Assembly (NCBI GenBank): GCA_963706755.1
Contig: CAVPNH010000002.1
Span: 21,660-85,659, forward strand
From: an uncultured Gammaproteobacteria bacterium
GTDB lineage: Bacteria > Pseudomonadota > Gammaproteobacteria > Steroidobacterales > Steroidobacteraceae
Direction of reading: 5' to 3'
Length of the DNA: 64,000 bases
The notes beneath the pieces are model-generated. The model searched no databases. It worked only from the letters and a program-made list of their open reading frames with translations, and was not told the DNA's origin. Both the position numbers and the translations under genes were made by a program. Shown in pieces: positions 48,947 through 58,633 of the stretch (position 1 is its first letter; every line of letters starts with the position of its first letter).

Positions 48947-50383
48947 ATGGCTCGCCCGATCCCGGTGGCCGATTTAGTGTTCCTGCTGATTGACCGCGCG
49001 GAAGCGCCGGCCAACGTCGGCATCGCCCTGGTCTTCGAGCCGCCGCCGGGCACCAGCAGCGACAAGGCCCTGCGGGCCGTCCTGCGCGCCTACCGCGCCG
49101 CGCAGCCGACCTCGCCCTTCGACGTCGTGCCGGAGGTGCCCCCGCTCGGTGTGCCCCACTGGGTCGCTCACGGCCGAGCGGACATGAAGCAGCATGTGCG
49201 GCGCGAGACGCTGCCCCCGCCCGGTTCGCTCCGGCAGCTGAACGAGCGCCTCGCGGAACTGCACCGCGATCGTTTCGACCGCAGCCGGCCGCTGTTCGAG
49301 ATTCACCTGATCGACGGGCTCGCGTCCGGGCAGTTCGTCCTCTACATCAAGTCGCATCACGCGTGCTGGGATGGACACTCGGCGGCGGCGCGCATCTTCG
49401 GCAGCCTGTCCACCGAACCGGGCCCACTGCTCACGGGTTTCCACGCATTGCCCCCCGCAGAGCCGCCCGAGTCGCCGGACGCCGCCGGCGGACTGCGGTC
49501 CCTGATGACGCATGCGCTGGCGCTCAAGGAACTCTACGCGCAGGTCACGAGCCGGATCACTGCCCTGCGGGCGGCCCCGGGCCGGAGCCGGGGCAACACG
49601 CCCTTCGCCGGACCGCACACGCGGTTGAACCAGCGGGTCGTCGCCGAGCGCTCCGTCGCGCAGTTCTCCCTGCCACTCGAGGAAATGCGGCGCGGCGGGC
49701 ATGCCTTCGGAGGCCCCATCAACGACGTGCTGCTCGCCGTGACCGACGATGGCGTGCGGCGCTACCTGAGGGACCTGGGCGAGCGACCTGCGGAACCGCT
49801 GGTGGCGATGTGCCCGGTATCCGTGCGCACGCCAGGCGACTTCGAGGCCGGAACCAAGGCCTCGACCATGTTCGTAAGGCTCGCCGGGCCGGGCCGGGGC
49901 GCCGCCCGACGACTCACGGAGATCGTGGCCAGCTCGGCCGCGGCCAAGGCGGAGTTCCGCTCGATGTCCAAGGAGGCGACCATCGACTTCGCGCTGCTGG
50001 CATTCGGCTTGTGGCTCACCTCCGATGTCTTCGGGCTCGCTGCGTTCACGAGGCCGGTGGTGAACTTCGTGGTGTCGAACGTCGGCGGTATCAAGGGCGC
50101 TCGATACCTCGGCCGGTCGCGCCTGGTCGGCACCTTTCCCATCTCGATGGTCGCGGACCCTGCCGGGCTCAACTTCACGTCCTTTTCGCACGACGGGCGG
50201 ATGGATGTCGGGATCATCGCCAACCGCGCCGCGGTGCCGGATGCGGAGTCACTCGCGCGGCATTGCCTCGCCGCGTGGCAACAACTGCGCCGGGCCAAGC
50301 CGCCTCAGGACTTGACCTTGAGGAAACCTCCGGCCCGCAAGCCCTCGCGCACGCGGCGCATGCCCGCCAGCCAGCGGCCGTAG
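48947..50383 (+). CDS. WS/DGAT-family acyltransferase
   Basis: ATG 48947 in ORF 48782..50383 (MARPIPVADLVFLLIDRAE). Canonical HHACWDG motif. The 3' end overlaps the convergent SDR gene by 79 nt. Confidence 0.8.
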   Translation: MARPIPVADLVFLLIDRAEAPANVGIALVFEPPPGTSSDKALRAVLRAYRAAQPTSPFDVVPEVPPLGVPHWVAHGRADMKQHVRRETLPPPGSLRQLNERLAELHRDRFDRSRPLFEIHLIDGLASGQFVLYIKSHHACWDGHSAAARIFGSLSTEPGPLLTGFHALPPAEPPESPDAAGGLRSLMTHALALKELYAQVTSRITALRAAPGRSRGNTPFAGPHTRLNQRVVAERSVAQFSLPLEEMRRGGHAFGGPINDVLLAVTDDGVRRYLRDLGERPAEPLVAMCPVSVRTPGDFEAGTKASTMFVRLAGPGRGAARRLTEIVASSAAAKAEFRSMSKEATIDFALLAFGLWLTSDVFGLAAFTRPVVNFVVSNVGGIKGARYLGRSRLVGTFPISMVADPAGLNFTSFSHDGRMDVGIIANRAAVPDAESLARHCLAAWQQLRRAKPPQDLTLRKPPARKPSRTRRMPASQRP

Positions 50384-51111
50384 TCGGCCGCCTTCTTCTG
50401 GAAGAACCCGAGGACCTCGGGGTGGGTGAGGATCAGGAAGCTGTCCTGCTCGATGCCGTCGGCAATCGCGGACGCCGCCTGCTCCACGGTCAGCACGCCC
50501 GGGATCGAACCCGCTGCCGTTCCCTCGTCGAGGCCCGTCATCGCAGTCGCGACGTACTGCGGGCACACGACCGAAACGCCGATGCCACGGCTACCATAGG
50601 TGATGGCGAGCGACTCTGCGAGCCCGACCGCCCCGTGCTTGGTCACGCTGTAGGCGGTGTCGCCCACCTGGCTCAGGAGTCCCGCGGCCGATGCGACGCT
50701 CACCAGGTAACCGGAGCCGCGTGCGAGCATCCCGGGCAGGACCGCCCGGCACGCGTGCACGTGCGCCATGACGTGGACCGACCACATGCGCTGCCAGTCG
50801 GCATCGTCTGCCGACAGCGCGTCGTCGAGGTCCAGCGCCTTGACGCCGAGTCCCGCATTCGACACGAGGATGTCGACCCGGCCGTATTTCGCGTTCGCGG
50901 CATCCACCAGCCTGCGCACGGCGCCGGCATCCGCGACGTCGCACTGCAGACCGAGGCCGCCGAGCTCCCCAGCCGTGCTTTCAGCGAGCCCACCGTCGAG
51001 ATCGGCGACCACGACGCCCGCCGCGCCGCGGCGGACGAACTCCCGGCACACGGCCCGACCGATGCCGCGGCCGGCACCGGTGACCAGCGCGACCTTCTCC
51101 TGGATCTTCAT
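50305..51111 (-). CDS. Short-chain dehydrogenase/reductase (SDR)
   Basis: 268-aa ORF with TGAGRGIG cofactor motif and YSVTK catalytic motif. The start overlaps the upstream ACAD stop (ATGA-type overlap at 51108-51111). Confidence 0.9.
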   Translation of the reverse strand: MKIQEKVALVTGAGRGIGRAVCREFVRRGAAGVVVADLDGGLAESTAGELGGLGLQCDVADAGAVRRLVDAANAKYGRVDILVSNAGLGVKALDLDDALSADDADWQRMWSVHVMAHVHACRAVLPGMLARGSGYLVSVASAAGLLSQVGDTAYSVTKHGAVGLAESLAITYGSRGIGVSVVCPQYVATAMTGLDEGTAAGSIPGVLTVEQAASAIADGIEQDSFLILTHPEVLGFFQKKAADYGRWLAGMRRVREGLRAGGFLKVKS

Positions 51112-52337
51112 GCCGAGGGCGTGAAGTAGCGGCCGAGTTCGATCTTTGCGATGTGATTGCGATGCACCTCGTCCGGGCCGTCGGCGATGCGCAGGGTCCG
51201 CGCATTCGTGTACAGCCAGCCGAGGCCGAAGTCGTCCGAAACGCCCGCACCGCCGAAGAGCTGGATAGCCTGGTCGACGACTTCGCAGGCGACGTTCGGC
51301 GCCACGACCTTGATCATCGCGATCTCCTTCTGCGCCGCCTTGTTACCGGCGACGTCCATCTTCCACGCCGCGTGCAGGACGAGGAGGCGCACCTGGTCGA
51401 TCTTCATGCGTGCGTCCGCGATGCGCTCGCGCCACACACCCTGCTCCGCCAGACGCTTGTGGAAAGCGATCCGCGTCAGCGAGCGCTTGCACATGGCCTC
51501 GAGCGCGCGCTCGGCGACGCCGATGAGCCGCATGCAGTGGTGGACGCGGCCGGGGCCGAGGCGACCCTGCGCGATCTCGAATCCGCGGCCCTCGCCGAGC
51601 AGCAGGTTCGTGACTGGCACGCGCACGTCCCGGAATTCGACCTCGGAGTGCCCGTGCGGCGCGTCGTCGTAGCCGAAGACCGGGACCTGTCGCACCACCC
51701 GCACCCCCGGCGCGTCCGTCGGCACCAGGATCATGGATTGCTGGCGATGACGGCTCGGATTCTGCGGATCGGTCTTGCCCATGAAAATGAGGATCTTGCA
51801 TCGCGGGTCGCCGGCGCCTGAGGTCCACCACTTGCGGCCGTTGACCACATACTCGTCGCCGTCGCGGGTGATGCTGGCCTCGATGTTGGTCGCGTCCGAG
51901 GAAGCGACCCCGGGCTCGGTCATTGCGAAGCCCGAGCGGATCTCGCCCTCGAGCAGCGGTGTGAGCCACTGGCGCTTCTGCTCCTCGCTGCCGTAGCGGA
52001 CCAGCACCTCCATGTTGCCCGTGTCGGGCGCCGAACAATTGAAGGCCTCGGGGCCGATGTGCGAGCGGCCCATAATCTCGCAGAGCGGCGCGTACTCGAG
52101 GTTGGTGAGCCCCGCACCGTACTCGGACTCGGGCAGCCAGAGGTTCCAGAGTCCCGCTGCCCTCGCCTTCTTCTTCAGGTCCTCGACGATGCGGGTCGGC
52201 ACCCACGCATTGCCCTTGCGCCGGTTCTCCTCGATCTCGGCATGGAAGCGACCCTCGTTCGGGTAGACGTGCTCGTCCATGAACGCGGCGACGCGCCGTT
52301 GCAGGTCCTGCACCTTCGGGGAATGTTGGAAATCCAT
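51108..52337 (-). CDS. Acyl-CoA dehydrogenase family protein (FadE2 / ACAD10-11-like)
   Basis: ATG 52337 after GAGGAG in ORF 51108..52442 ([28 protein letters not shown]...). Typical ACAD middle and C-terminal domains. Confidence 0.9.
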   Translation of the reverse strand: MDFQHSPKVQDLQRRVAAFMDEHVYPNEGRFHAEIEENRRKGNAWVPTRIVEDLKKKARAAGLWNLWLPESEYGAGLTNLEYAPLCEIMGRSHIGPEAFNCSAPDTGNMEVLVRYGSEEQKRQWLTPLLEGEIRSGFAMTEPGVASSDATNIEASITRDGDEYVVNGRKWWTSGAGDPRCKILIFMGKTDPQNPSRHRQQSMILVPTDAPGVRVVRQVPVFGYDDAPHGHSEVEFRDVRVPVTNLLLGEGRGFEIAQGRLGPGRVHHCMRLIGVAERALEAMCKRSLTRIAFHKRLAEQGVWRERIADARMKIDQVRLLVLHAAWKMDVAGNKAAQKEIAMIKVVAPNVACEVVDQAIQLFGGAGVSDDFGLGWLYTNARTLRIADGPDEVHRNHIAKIELGRYFTPSA

Positions 52338-52347
52338 CGTCGTCTCC

Positions 52348-53412
52348 TCAGGAAAGTTTGAGCCGCTCGACCTGGCTCCATGCCAGTTCCGCGAGCGGGC
52401 GCGCCGCGCGTCCGGTCTGCAGCGCCTCGGCACTCGAGGCATTGCCCTGCAGTGCGCGTGCCATCACGCCCTGCGCGATCGCTGCGATCCGGAACATGTT
52501 GTAGGCCATGTAGTACTCCCAGTCGCGCCCGGGAATACCCTCATGGCCCGTTCGACGGCAGTATGCCGCCACGTAATCGCGCTCGGCGGGAATGCCGAGC
52601 GCGGCGAAATCGAGCCCCGCGAGCCCGCGGAACATGCCGGGCGGGATGCGCCACACCATGCAGTGGTAGGCGAAGTCGGCGAGCGGGTGGCCGAGGGTCG
52701 AGAGTTCCCAGTCGATCACGGCACGGATGCGCGGCTCGTCCGCGTCGAAGATCACGTTGTCGATGCGGTAGTCACCGTGGACGATCCGGGTCTCGTCGCC
52801 TGCGGGAATATTGGCGGGCAGCCACGCGATCAGGTTGTCCATCGCCTCGATCTTCTCGGTCTCGGAGGCCTGGTACTGCTTGCTCCAGCGCGCGACCTGC
52901 CGCGCGATGTAGCCGTCGGTCTTGCCGAAATCCCCGAGACCCACTGCGACCGGGTCGACCGAGTGCAGCGCGGCGATCACGCGATTGAGTTCGCCGTGGA
53001 TGCGCGAGCGCTCGGCGGCCTCGAGACCCGGCAGCGCCGGATCCCAGAACACCCGCCCCGTGACGTACTCCATGACGTAGAAGGCCGTGCCGATGACCGC
53101 GTCGTCCTCGCAGAGCGCATAGGTCCTCGCCACCGGCACGTCCGTCGCGGCCAGGGCCTTGATCACTCGGTACTCACGGTCCACGGCGTGGGCCGACTGG
53201 AGCAGCTTGCCGGGCGGCTTGCGGCGCAGGACGTAGCGCTGGCTCCCGGCCGTGAGGAGGTAGGTCGGGTTCGACTGCCCTCCCTTGAATTGCGCGACCT
53301 CGAGCGGGCCACCGAGCGGGGCCACCGTCGCCGCGAGCCACGCGGCCAGCCGCGCGACATCGAAGGCGTGCTGCGGCGCCACCGGCCGCGTGCTCGGAGG
53401 CGCCTCGCTCAT
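52348..53412 (-). CDS. Phosphotransferase (APH/choline-kinase-like) family protein
   Basis: 354-aa ORF with the kinase catalytic motif [13 protein letters not shown] and DWELS. Confidence 0.9.
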   Translation of the reverse strand: MSEAPPSTRPVAPQHAFDVARLAAWLAATVAPLGGPLEVAQFKGGQSNPTYLLTAGSQRYVLRRKPPGKLLQSAHAVDREYRVIKALAATDVPVARTYALCEDDAVIGTAFYVMEYVTGRVFWDPALPGLEAAERSRIHGELNRVIAALHSVDPVAVGLGDFGKTDGYIARQVARWSKQYQASETEKIEAMDNLIAWLPANIPAGDETRIVHGDYRIDNVIFDADEPRIRAVIDWELSTLGHPLADFAYHCMVWRIPPGMFRGLAGLDFAALGIPAERDYVAAYCRRTGHEGIPGRDWEYYMAYNMFRIAAIAQGVMARALQGNASSAEALQTGRAARPLAELAWSQVERLKLS

Positions 53413-53458
53413 CCCCTGCTCCTCGCCCGACTGATCGCCCGCGTCCGCATCGGCAGTC

Positions 53459-54211
53459 TCACTTTCCGGCCCTGGGCCGCGGCGCCACGAGTGCCGTCGG
53501 CAGGACCCTGAGCAGCAGCGCTGCGAGCGTCCACGGCCACCACGGCACGAAACGGTGGGATGCTCCGCGCTCGATCAGCCGGGCCATGATGGCCGCGCCC
53601 TTCTCGACGGGAATCACGAACGGGCGATTCGGCACGCCGCGATTCATGTCGGTGTCGATGTACCCGGGTGCGAGTTCGGTGACCGTGATCGGCTCGTGGT
53701 GCACCTCAACCCTGAGCGACTGCAGATACCGGTGCAGCCCGCCCTTGGCGGCGGAATACGCGCCGAGGAATGGCATGCCGCGCACGCTCGCAATCGAGGT
53801 GATCGCGACGATCTGCCCGCCTCCCTGCGCTCGCAGGATCGGCAAGGCCTGCTCGATGGTCGCGATCGCGCCGGTGAGGTTGGTGTCCAGCGTGCTCTTC
53901 ACGAGGTCGAACTTGCCCTTGCCCACCGGCGTGTTGTAGCCCACTCCGGCGTTCACGACCACGATGTCGAGGCGGCCGAATTCTGTCGCCGCGCGTGCGA
54001 GCGCACCTGCGATGCCGTCGAAGTCCGTGACGTCGAGCGAGACGGGCAGCACGCGAGGCGCACCGAGACTGCGCAGGCGCCCGGCCAGGGCCTCGAGCTT
54101 GTCGGCGCGCCGCGCCGCGATTGCAAGGTCGTATCCCTTGCGCGCAAATTCGGCGGCGAGCGCCTCGCCGATGCCGGAAGACGCCCCGGTGATGAAGATT
54201 GATCGAGCCAT
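53459..54211 (-). CDS. Short-chain dehydrogenase/reductase (SDR)
   Basis: ATG 54211 in ORF 53459..54241 (MARSIFITGASSGIGEA). YSAAK catalytic motif. Confidence 0.9.
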   Translation of the reverse strand: MARSIFITGASSGIGEALAAEFARKGYDLAIAARRADKLEALAGRLRSLGAPRVLPVSLDVTDFDGIAGALARAATEFGRLDIVVVNAGVGYNTPVGKGKFDLVKSTLDTNLTGAIATIEQALPILRAQGGGQIVAITSIASVRGMPFLGAYSAAKGGLHRYLQSLRVEVHHEPITVTELAPGYIDTDMNRGVPNRPFVIPVEKGAAIMARLIERGASHRFVPWWPWTLAALLLRVLPTALVAPRPRAGK

Positions 54212-54474
54212 CGCGCTGCCCACCTGTCCGCCTAGAACCACTCGTCCCGCATACCGAGCGTCGTGTCGTCGAGGCTCGCAAGCAGGTCAACCCCGGCGAA
54301 GGTCTCGCGGGAGTGATCGGCGAATCGCGTCCGCGCGTTGAGCCATGAGGACATGGGTACGCATGATACCGGCTGCACGAGCCGGCCGAGAGCCGTACAG
54401 TATGCAGGGTGGCCCCCTGCGCCCGGGGCTGCCGGCGTGCCCAGGCGGCGTTCATCTGTTAGCTTGCGGAGGGC

Positions 54475-55524
54475 ATGGTGAAGACACCCAGCCTGCTCGA
54501 CATCGTCAAACTCCTGCCGGCCCGCGACCTGACCCGTGCCGCGCGGGCCCTGGGCCTGACGCCGGACACGCTGATCAAGCGCGTCGGGTCGCTCGAGTCC
54601 GCCGTCGGCACGAAGCTGATGGATGCCGCGGCGAAGGCCCTCAAGCCCGGAGAGGCCGGGCGCATGATGATCGACCACGCGAGCCGGATCTTCTCCCAGG
54701 CCCGCGACTTCACGCGCGACCTCGAGGAACTGGCCGGCCTGCAGTCGCCCGAGATCGTGTTCGGCACGGACATGTTCGCCGCGGAACTGCCGCTCGGCGT
54801 GGCGCTCGGCCGCATGGCCACGGCGAACTCGCGCCTGCGAGTGCACGCGGTCGTCGGCGATTTCGAGGAACTCGCGAAGTCCGTCATGGCCGGACACATC
54901 GAGTTCGCGATCGCCGACACCACCAGCGCCGAGCGCCATCCCACGCGACTCGCGATCGAGCCGGTGGCCGAGCACCGCGTCTTCTTCTTCACCCGCCAGG
55001 GGCACCCGCTGACGGCCGCGAAGGAGCATTCGCTCGAGACGCTGCTGGTGTTTCCGCTCGCCACATCGCGTGTGCCGCACCGCATCGCCATGCACATCGC
55101 CAAGTCCATGCCGTCCGCGAAGGTGGAACGCGAAACGGGCGACCTGTCCCCCAGCCTGATGCTCGACAGCTTTGCGGTCGCGCGGGCTGCAGTGCTGGCC
55201 GGGGACGCCATCGGGCTCGCACCGCTCACGGCGATCGAGCCGGAACTGCGGTCCGGGAAGCTTGCGCTCGTCCCCTTCGACGCCCCGTGGCTGCACCTGA
55301 GCTACGGCCTCTTCTATCCGCGCAAGCGCTCGCTGTCGCGCGCGGCGCAGCTCTTCGTCACCCAGTTGCGCCAGGTCGAGACGGACATCCAGGAGCGGGA
55401 GCACCGCGCGCTCGCGCGCATGAATCTGAAGCGGCGACCGGTCCGCAAGGCCGCGAAGTCCGGGGCAGCCGGCTCCGGTCCGGCCCCGAAGCGACGACCG
55501 GCGCCGACGCGGAGTCGCAGGTGA
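54475..55524 (+). CDS. LysR-family transcriptional regulator with a basic C-terminal extension
   Basis: 349-aa ORF. N-terminal HTH (ARDLTRAARALGLTPDTLIKRVGSLE) and a LysR substrate-binding domain. About 45-aa K/R/P-rich tail. Divergent from the SDR-kinase-ACAD-SDR cluster. Confidence 0.85.
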   Translation: MVKTPSLLDIVKLLPARDLTRAARALGLTPDTLIKRVGSLESAVGTKLMDAAAKALKPGEAGRMMIDHASRIFSQARDFTRDLEELAGLQSPEIVFGTDMFAAELPLGVALGRMATANSRLRVHAVVGDFEELAKSVMAGHIEFAIADTTSAERHPTRLAIEPVAEHRVFFFTRQGHPLTAAKEHSLETLLVFPLATSRVPHRIAMHIAKSMPSAKVERETGDLSPSLMLDSFAVARAAVLAGDAIGLAPLTAIEPELRSGKLALVPFDAPWLHLSYGLFYPRKRSLSRAAQLFVTQLRQVETDIQEREHRALARMNLKRRPVRKAAKSGAAGSGPAPKRRPAPTRSRR

Positions 55525-56942
55525 TAGCCCGCCTGGCGATCGCGCTCGCGGCCGTCCTCGTGGCCGTCGCCTCGCCTGCACGGGCCGCCGATCAGCCGGC
55601 GACCATGCGCATCGACTACTTTCACACGGGGGGCCAGGGCAGCGAGATCTACGCCGTAGACCGGATCGTCATCGAGCCCCTGCCGTGGCCGGGCAGCCCC
55701 GAGCGCACGGTGGACGACACGAACCTCGGCACCTACCGTTTCGAGGTCCGCGATGCCGCGGGCAAGCTGCTCTACTCCCGCGGCTTCGACGCCGTATACG
55801 CCGAGTGGGCAACGACGGCCGAGGCCGACACCTCGCATCGCACGTTCAGTGATTCGCTGCGATTTCCGGCGCCTCCGGGCCCGGCCAGGGTCGTGCTCCA
55901 GGCCCGCAACGCGGACCAGGTCTTCGAGACCGCCTGGCAGGTCGAGATCGATCCGTCGAGCCGGTCCATCGATCGGGCGCCCCCGGCGAAGCAGGCGCTG
56001 GTCGAGATCGAGCGCAACGGCGCACCGTCCGACAGGGTGGACGTGCTGCTGCTAGGCGATGGCTATACGGCCGCCGAGTGCGCCACGAAGTTTCGTCCCG
56101 ATGCCGAGCGCCTCGTGGCGGCCTTGTTCCGCCACGAGCCGTTCAGGTCGCGGCGCAAGGACTTCAACGTCTGGGGCCTCTGCCCTCCGGCCGCGGAATC
56201 GGGCATATCGCGACCGTCCACCGGCATCTACCGGCGCTCGCCGGTCGGCGCGACCTACGACGCGTTCGGCTCGGAGCGCTACGTGCTCACCTTCGACGAC
56301 CGAGCGCTGCGCGGCGTGGCGTCCTGGGCGCCGTACGAGTTCCTGACCGTCCTCGCGAACGGCAAGACCTACGGCGGCGGCGGGATCTTCGGCGCCTTCT
56401 CCACGGTAGCGGTGGACAACGACTGGGCCGACTACGTGTTCGTGCACGAGTTCGGACACCACTTCGCCGCACTGGCCGACGAGTACTACACCTCGCCGGT
56501 GGCCTACGAGCCCGTGACCCGGATCGTCGAGCCATGGCAGCCCAACGTCACGGCGATGCTCGACGCCGGCCGGCTCAAGTGGCGCGAGCGGACGGACAAG
56601 AGCACGCCACTGCCAACCTCCTGGCCCAAGGAGGAGTTCGAGGCCCGCGAACGCGAGTTCCAGGCGCGCCGCAAGCAGATCCGCGCGGAGGGCCGGCCGG
56701 AAAGCGAGATGTCGGCCCTGTTCCGCGAGGAACAGGCCTACACCACGCGCGTACTCGGAGCCGCCCGCTACTCGGGCAAGGTCGGGGCGTTCCAGGGGGC
56801 CAATTACGATGCCCTGGCCTACTACCGCCCCCAGCTCGACTGCGTGATGTTCACGCGCGACGAGGTGCCGTTCTGCCGGGTCTGCCAGGACGCCCTCGAC
56901 CGGGTGATCGACCTGTATGCAGGGCGCCCGGGAAAGGACTGA
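55521..56942 (+). CDS. Secreted M64-family (IgA-peptidase-like) zinc metallopeptidase
   Basis: GTG 55521 overlaps the lysR stop (GTGA), in frame with ORF 54345..56942. Signal peptide VIARLAIALAAVLVAVASPARA. Zinc motif VHEFGHHFAALADEYY. Confidence 0.8.
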   Translation: MIARLAIALAAVLVAVASPARAADQPATMRIDYFHTGGQGSEIYAVDRIVIEPLPWPGSPERTVDDTNLGTYRFEVRDAAGKLLYSRGFDAVYAEWATTAEADTSHRTFSDSLRFPAPPGPARVVLQARNADQVFETAWQVEIDPSSRSIDRAPPAKQALVEIERNGAPSDRVDVLLLGDGYTAAECATKFRPDAERLVAALFRHEPFRSRRKDFNVWGLCPPAAESGISRPSTGIYRRSPVGATYDAFGSERYVLTFDDRALRGVASWAPYEFLTVLANGKTYGGGGIFGAFSTVAVDNDWADYVFVHEFGHHFAALADEYYTSPVAYEPVTRIVEPWQPNVTAMLDAGRLKWRERTDKSTPLPTSWPKEEFEAREREFQARRKQIRAEGRPESEMSALFREEQAYTTRVLGAARYSGKVGAFQGANYDALAYYRPQLDCVMFTRDEVPFCRVCQDALDRVIDLYAGRPGKD

Positions 56943-57083
56943 GCCCGGAGCCACGTCAGGGGCGCGGCTCTCTTCCGAAACTACGTATTTCCGTTTGACA
57001 GGGCCGGGCCTATTTGGGATGGAGCAGCCGGCCGCGCGCGGACCCTCCGGCCCCGGCACGACCATTTGATCGAGGTAACGGAC

Positions 57084-57611
57084 ATGACTGCGACAGGAAG
57101 AATCTGGGCACCACTCACGGTCGCGGCGCTGGCGCTTGCCGCCTTTTCCGTCCACGCGGAGGAACTGAACTTCGAGGCGACACTCACCGGCGCAGGACAG
57201 ATTCCGGAGCCGACCAAATCCAAGGCCACCGGCGAACTGAAGCTTACGGTGCACGACGGCGGCAAGAAGATCTCCTACACGCTGACGGTGACCGACCTGC
57301 AGAACGCAACCGCGGCGGAACTGCACCTCGGCGCGGCCTACATAAACGGCAAGCCGGTCGCGAAGCTCTTTCCCACGCACGGCGCAACGGCCAGGAAGGG
57401 CGCGTTCAGCGGCGTGCTCGCGGAAGGCACGATCACCGCCGCCGACCTGCTCGGGCCGTTGGCCGGCTCACCGCTCTCGGACTTCGTCGACCTGCTGCGC
57501 GAAGGCTCCGCCTACGTCAACATCCACACCAGCGACGGCGTGGACCCCCCGGAATCCGGTCCAGGCGACTATCGCGCGGGCGAGATCCGTGGCCAGATCA
57601 CGATGAAGTAA
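57084..57611 (+). CDS. Secreted CHRD domain-containing protein
   Basis: ATG 57084 (GAGG upstream) in ORF 57066..57611. Has a signal peptide. LTGAGQIPEPTKSKATGELKL...AELHLGAAYINGKPV and VNIHTSDG are CHRD-like. Confidence 0.75.
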   Translation: MTATGRIWAPLTVAALALAAFSVHAEELNFEATLTGAGQIPEPTKSKATGELKLTVHDGGKKISYTLTVTDLQNATAAELHLGAAYINGKPVAKLFPTHGATARKGAFSGVLAEGTITAADLLGPLAGSPLSDFVDLLREGSAYVNIHTSDGVDPPESGPGDYRAGEIRGQITMK

Positions 57612-57626
57612 GACGCGGCCGGGTCC

Positions 57627-58448
57627 CTACAGCCTGAACACGCGGGCGGCGTTTCCGGACAGGAACGCCGCCCGCGTCTTTTCATCGAGGCCGAGCTCGT
57701 CGAGGCCTTCGAGCGCCTTTTTCGGCGCGATCATCGGCCAGTTCGAGCCGAACATCACTTTCTCCCGGCCGTGGGCCTTGAGGTACGCGACGAGGCCCGG
57801 CGGATAGCGTCGCACCGTGTATGCCGAGGTGTCGATGTACACGTTGCGATGCTTGGTCGCGACCGCGACCATCTCCTCGGTCCACGGATACCCGATGTGG
57901 CCGCAGACGACGACGAGCTCCGGAAAGTCGATCGCCACCTGGTCGATGTAGGGAATCGGACGCCCGACCTCGGAGGGCATAAGCGGCCCGGTGTGACCGA
58001 CCTGGGTGCAGAAAGGCACTCCCAGCTCGCAGCATTCGCTGTAGACCGGATAGAAGCGCGCGTGCGTCGGTGGCAGTTCCCAGAGCCACGGCAGGATGCG
58101 GATGCCCTTGAACCCGAGTTCCTTCACGCAACGGCGGATCTCGCCGACCGCGTCGCGCGGCCGGCGGATGTTCACCGAACCAACGCCGGCCAGGCGATCG
58201 GGCGCCTGCCGCACGAACGACGCGACCTCGTCGTTCGAGATGAGCGCGCCCTGCGGGCCTTCCCATGCGCTGATGAGGCTCTTTGCGACGCCGGCCTCGT
58301 CCATGCTCGCGACGGTAAGCGCCACGGGCCATTCGGCGGCCGCCGCCGCATCGTCCTGCCCGGCGCGCGCCCAGCGACGCAGCGACTCGAACATGGGCTG
58401 GCTCAGGTGACGGGCGGTCGGGTGCTGCGCCCAGGCATCGATGATCAT
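57627..58448 (-). CDS. Amidohydrolase-2 (ACMSD-like) family metal-dependent hydrolase
   Basis: 273-aa ORF (MIIDAWAQHP..., VVCGHIGYPW, YIDTSAY). Confidence 0.85.
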   Translation of the reverse strand: MIIDAWAQHPTARHLSQPMFESLRRWARAGQDDAAAAAEWPVALTVASMDEAGVAKSLISAWEGPQGALISNDEVASFVRQAPDRLAGVGSVNIRRPRDAVGEIRRCVKELGFKGIRILPWLWELPPTHARFYPVYSECCELGVPFCTQVGHTGPLMPSEVGRPIPYIDQVAIDFPELVVVCGHIGYPWTEEMVAVATKHRNVYIDTSAYTVRRYPPGLVAYLKAHGREKVMFGSNWPMIAPKKALEGLDELGLDEKTRAAFLSGNAARVFRL

Positions 58449-58633
58449 GCGGATGTCCTCTCCGTCGCGGGTCGGCGTTGAGCGTCGCGGGGCATCCTTG
58501 CACGGCCACGGCCCGGGCGAATAGGGAGATCTGCGTAATCAACTCGCGTGTGAGCCGCTCTCGGCTTCCACTGACGTATTGTGGGCGGGACCTCGGTAGG
58601 ATTTTGAGGGTCTGTACACAGAGGGTTACCCCC

